The translations under genes were made by a program, and so were the position numbers. This document shows, piece by piece, positions 31,860 through 32,000 of a stretch of DNA of 32,000 bases. Under the pieces are notes generated by a model. The model was not told the origin of the DNA. It saw only the letters and a program-made list of their open reading frames with translations, and made no database searches. The DNA is from Bacillus subtilis subsp. subtilis str. 168. Its GTDB lineage: Bacteria > Bacillota > Bacilli > Bacillales > Bacillaceae. The stretch lies in contig NC_000964.3 of the NCBI RefSeq assembly GCF_000009045.1, positions 4,183,607 through 4,215,606 on the forward strand. The letters run 5' to 3'. Position 1 is the stretch's first letter. Every line of letters starts with the position of its first letter.

Positions 31860-32000
31860 CTTCACTAGTGCTTTTATTTCTTGCAACCATAATAGGATAC
31901 CATACCTTTTCAACTTTCGAAACCTTATTTTTTAGATTCCTTAATTTTACGGAAAAAAGACAAATTCAAACAATTTGCCCCTAAAATCACGCATGTGGAT

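Overview
This window is the left flank of the replication origin of a Bacillus subtilis-like chromosome. I recognised gene order and protein sequences from memory; no database was searched. From right to left on the minus strand it contains rpmH, rnpA, spoIIIJ, jag, mnmE, mnmG, rsmG, noc, soj (parA) and spo0J (parB, with an internal parS). Further left are ychF, the rpsF-ssbA-rpsR operon, exoA, ccpB and several yya genes. The left 7.8 kb is different. It is an accessory strip of small resistance- or detox-like modules: yyaT-yyaS (GNAT acetyltransferase and membrane protein), yyaR (GNAT), yyaQ-yyaP, tet(L) with its leader peptide, and yyaN-yyaM (MerR regulator and EamA exporter). These modules are separated by successive direct-repeat fragments of the 5' end of yyaL. 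The full yyaL is at 7592. A nearly intact 5' copy is at 5800 (annotated as ORF 'yyaO'), a frameshifted copy at 3810, a badly decayed copy at 2280, and a probable ~25-40 nt relic at 1478. Decay increases with distance from the intact gene. This looks like a stratigraphic record of repeated cassette acquisition, or 5'-end replacement, at one target gene, and it is the main observation. Other items include a DnaA-box cluster between jag and mnmE, a MerR-type 19-bp-spacer promoter at yyaN, a MarR-type operator palindrome at yybA/yyaT, a likely S6:S18 leader element before rpsF, and an unexplained terminator pair between yyaD and yyaC. I found no phage, transposase, integrase, CRISPR, rRNA or tRNA.
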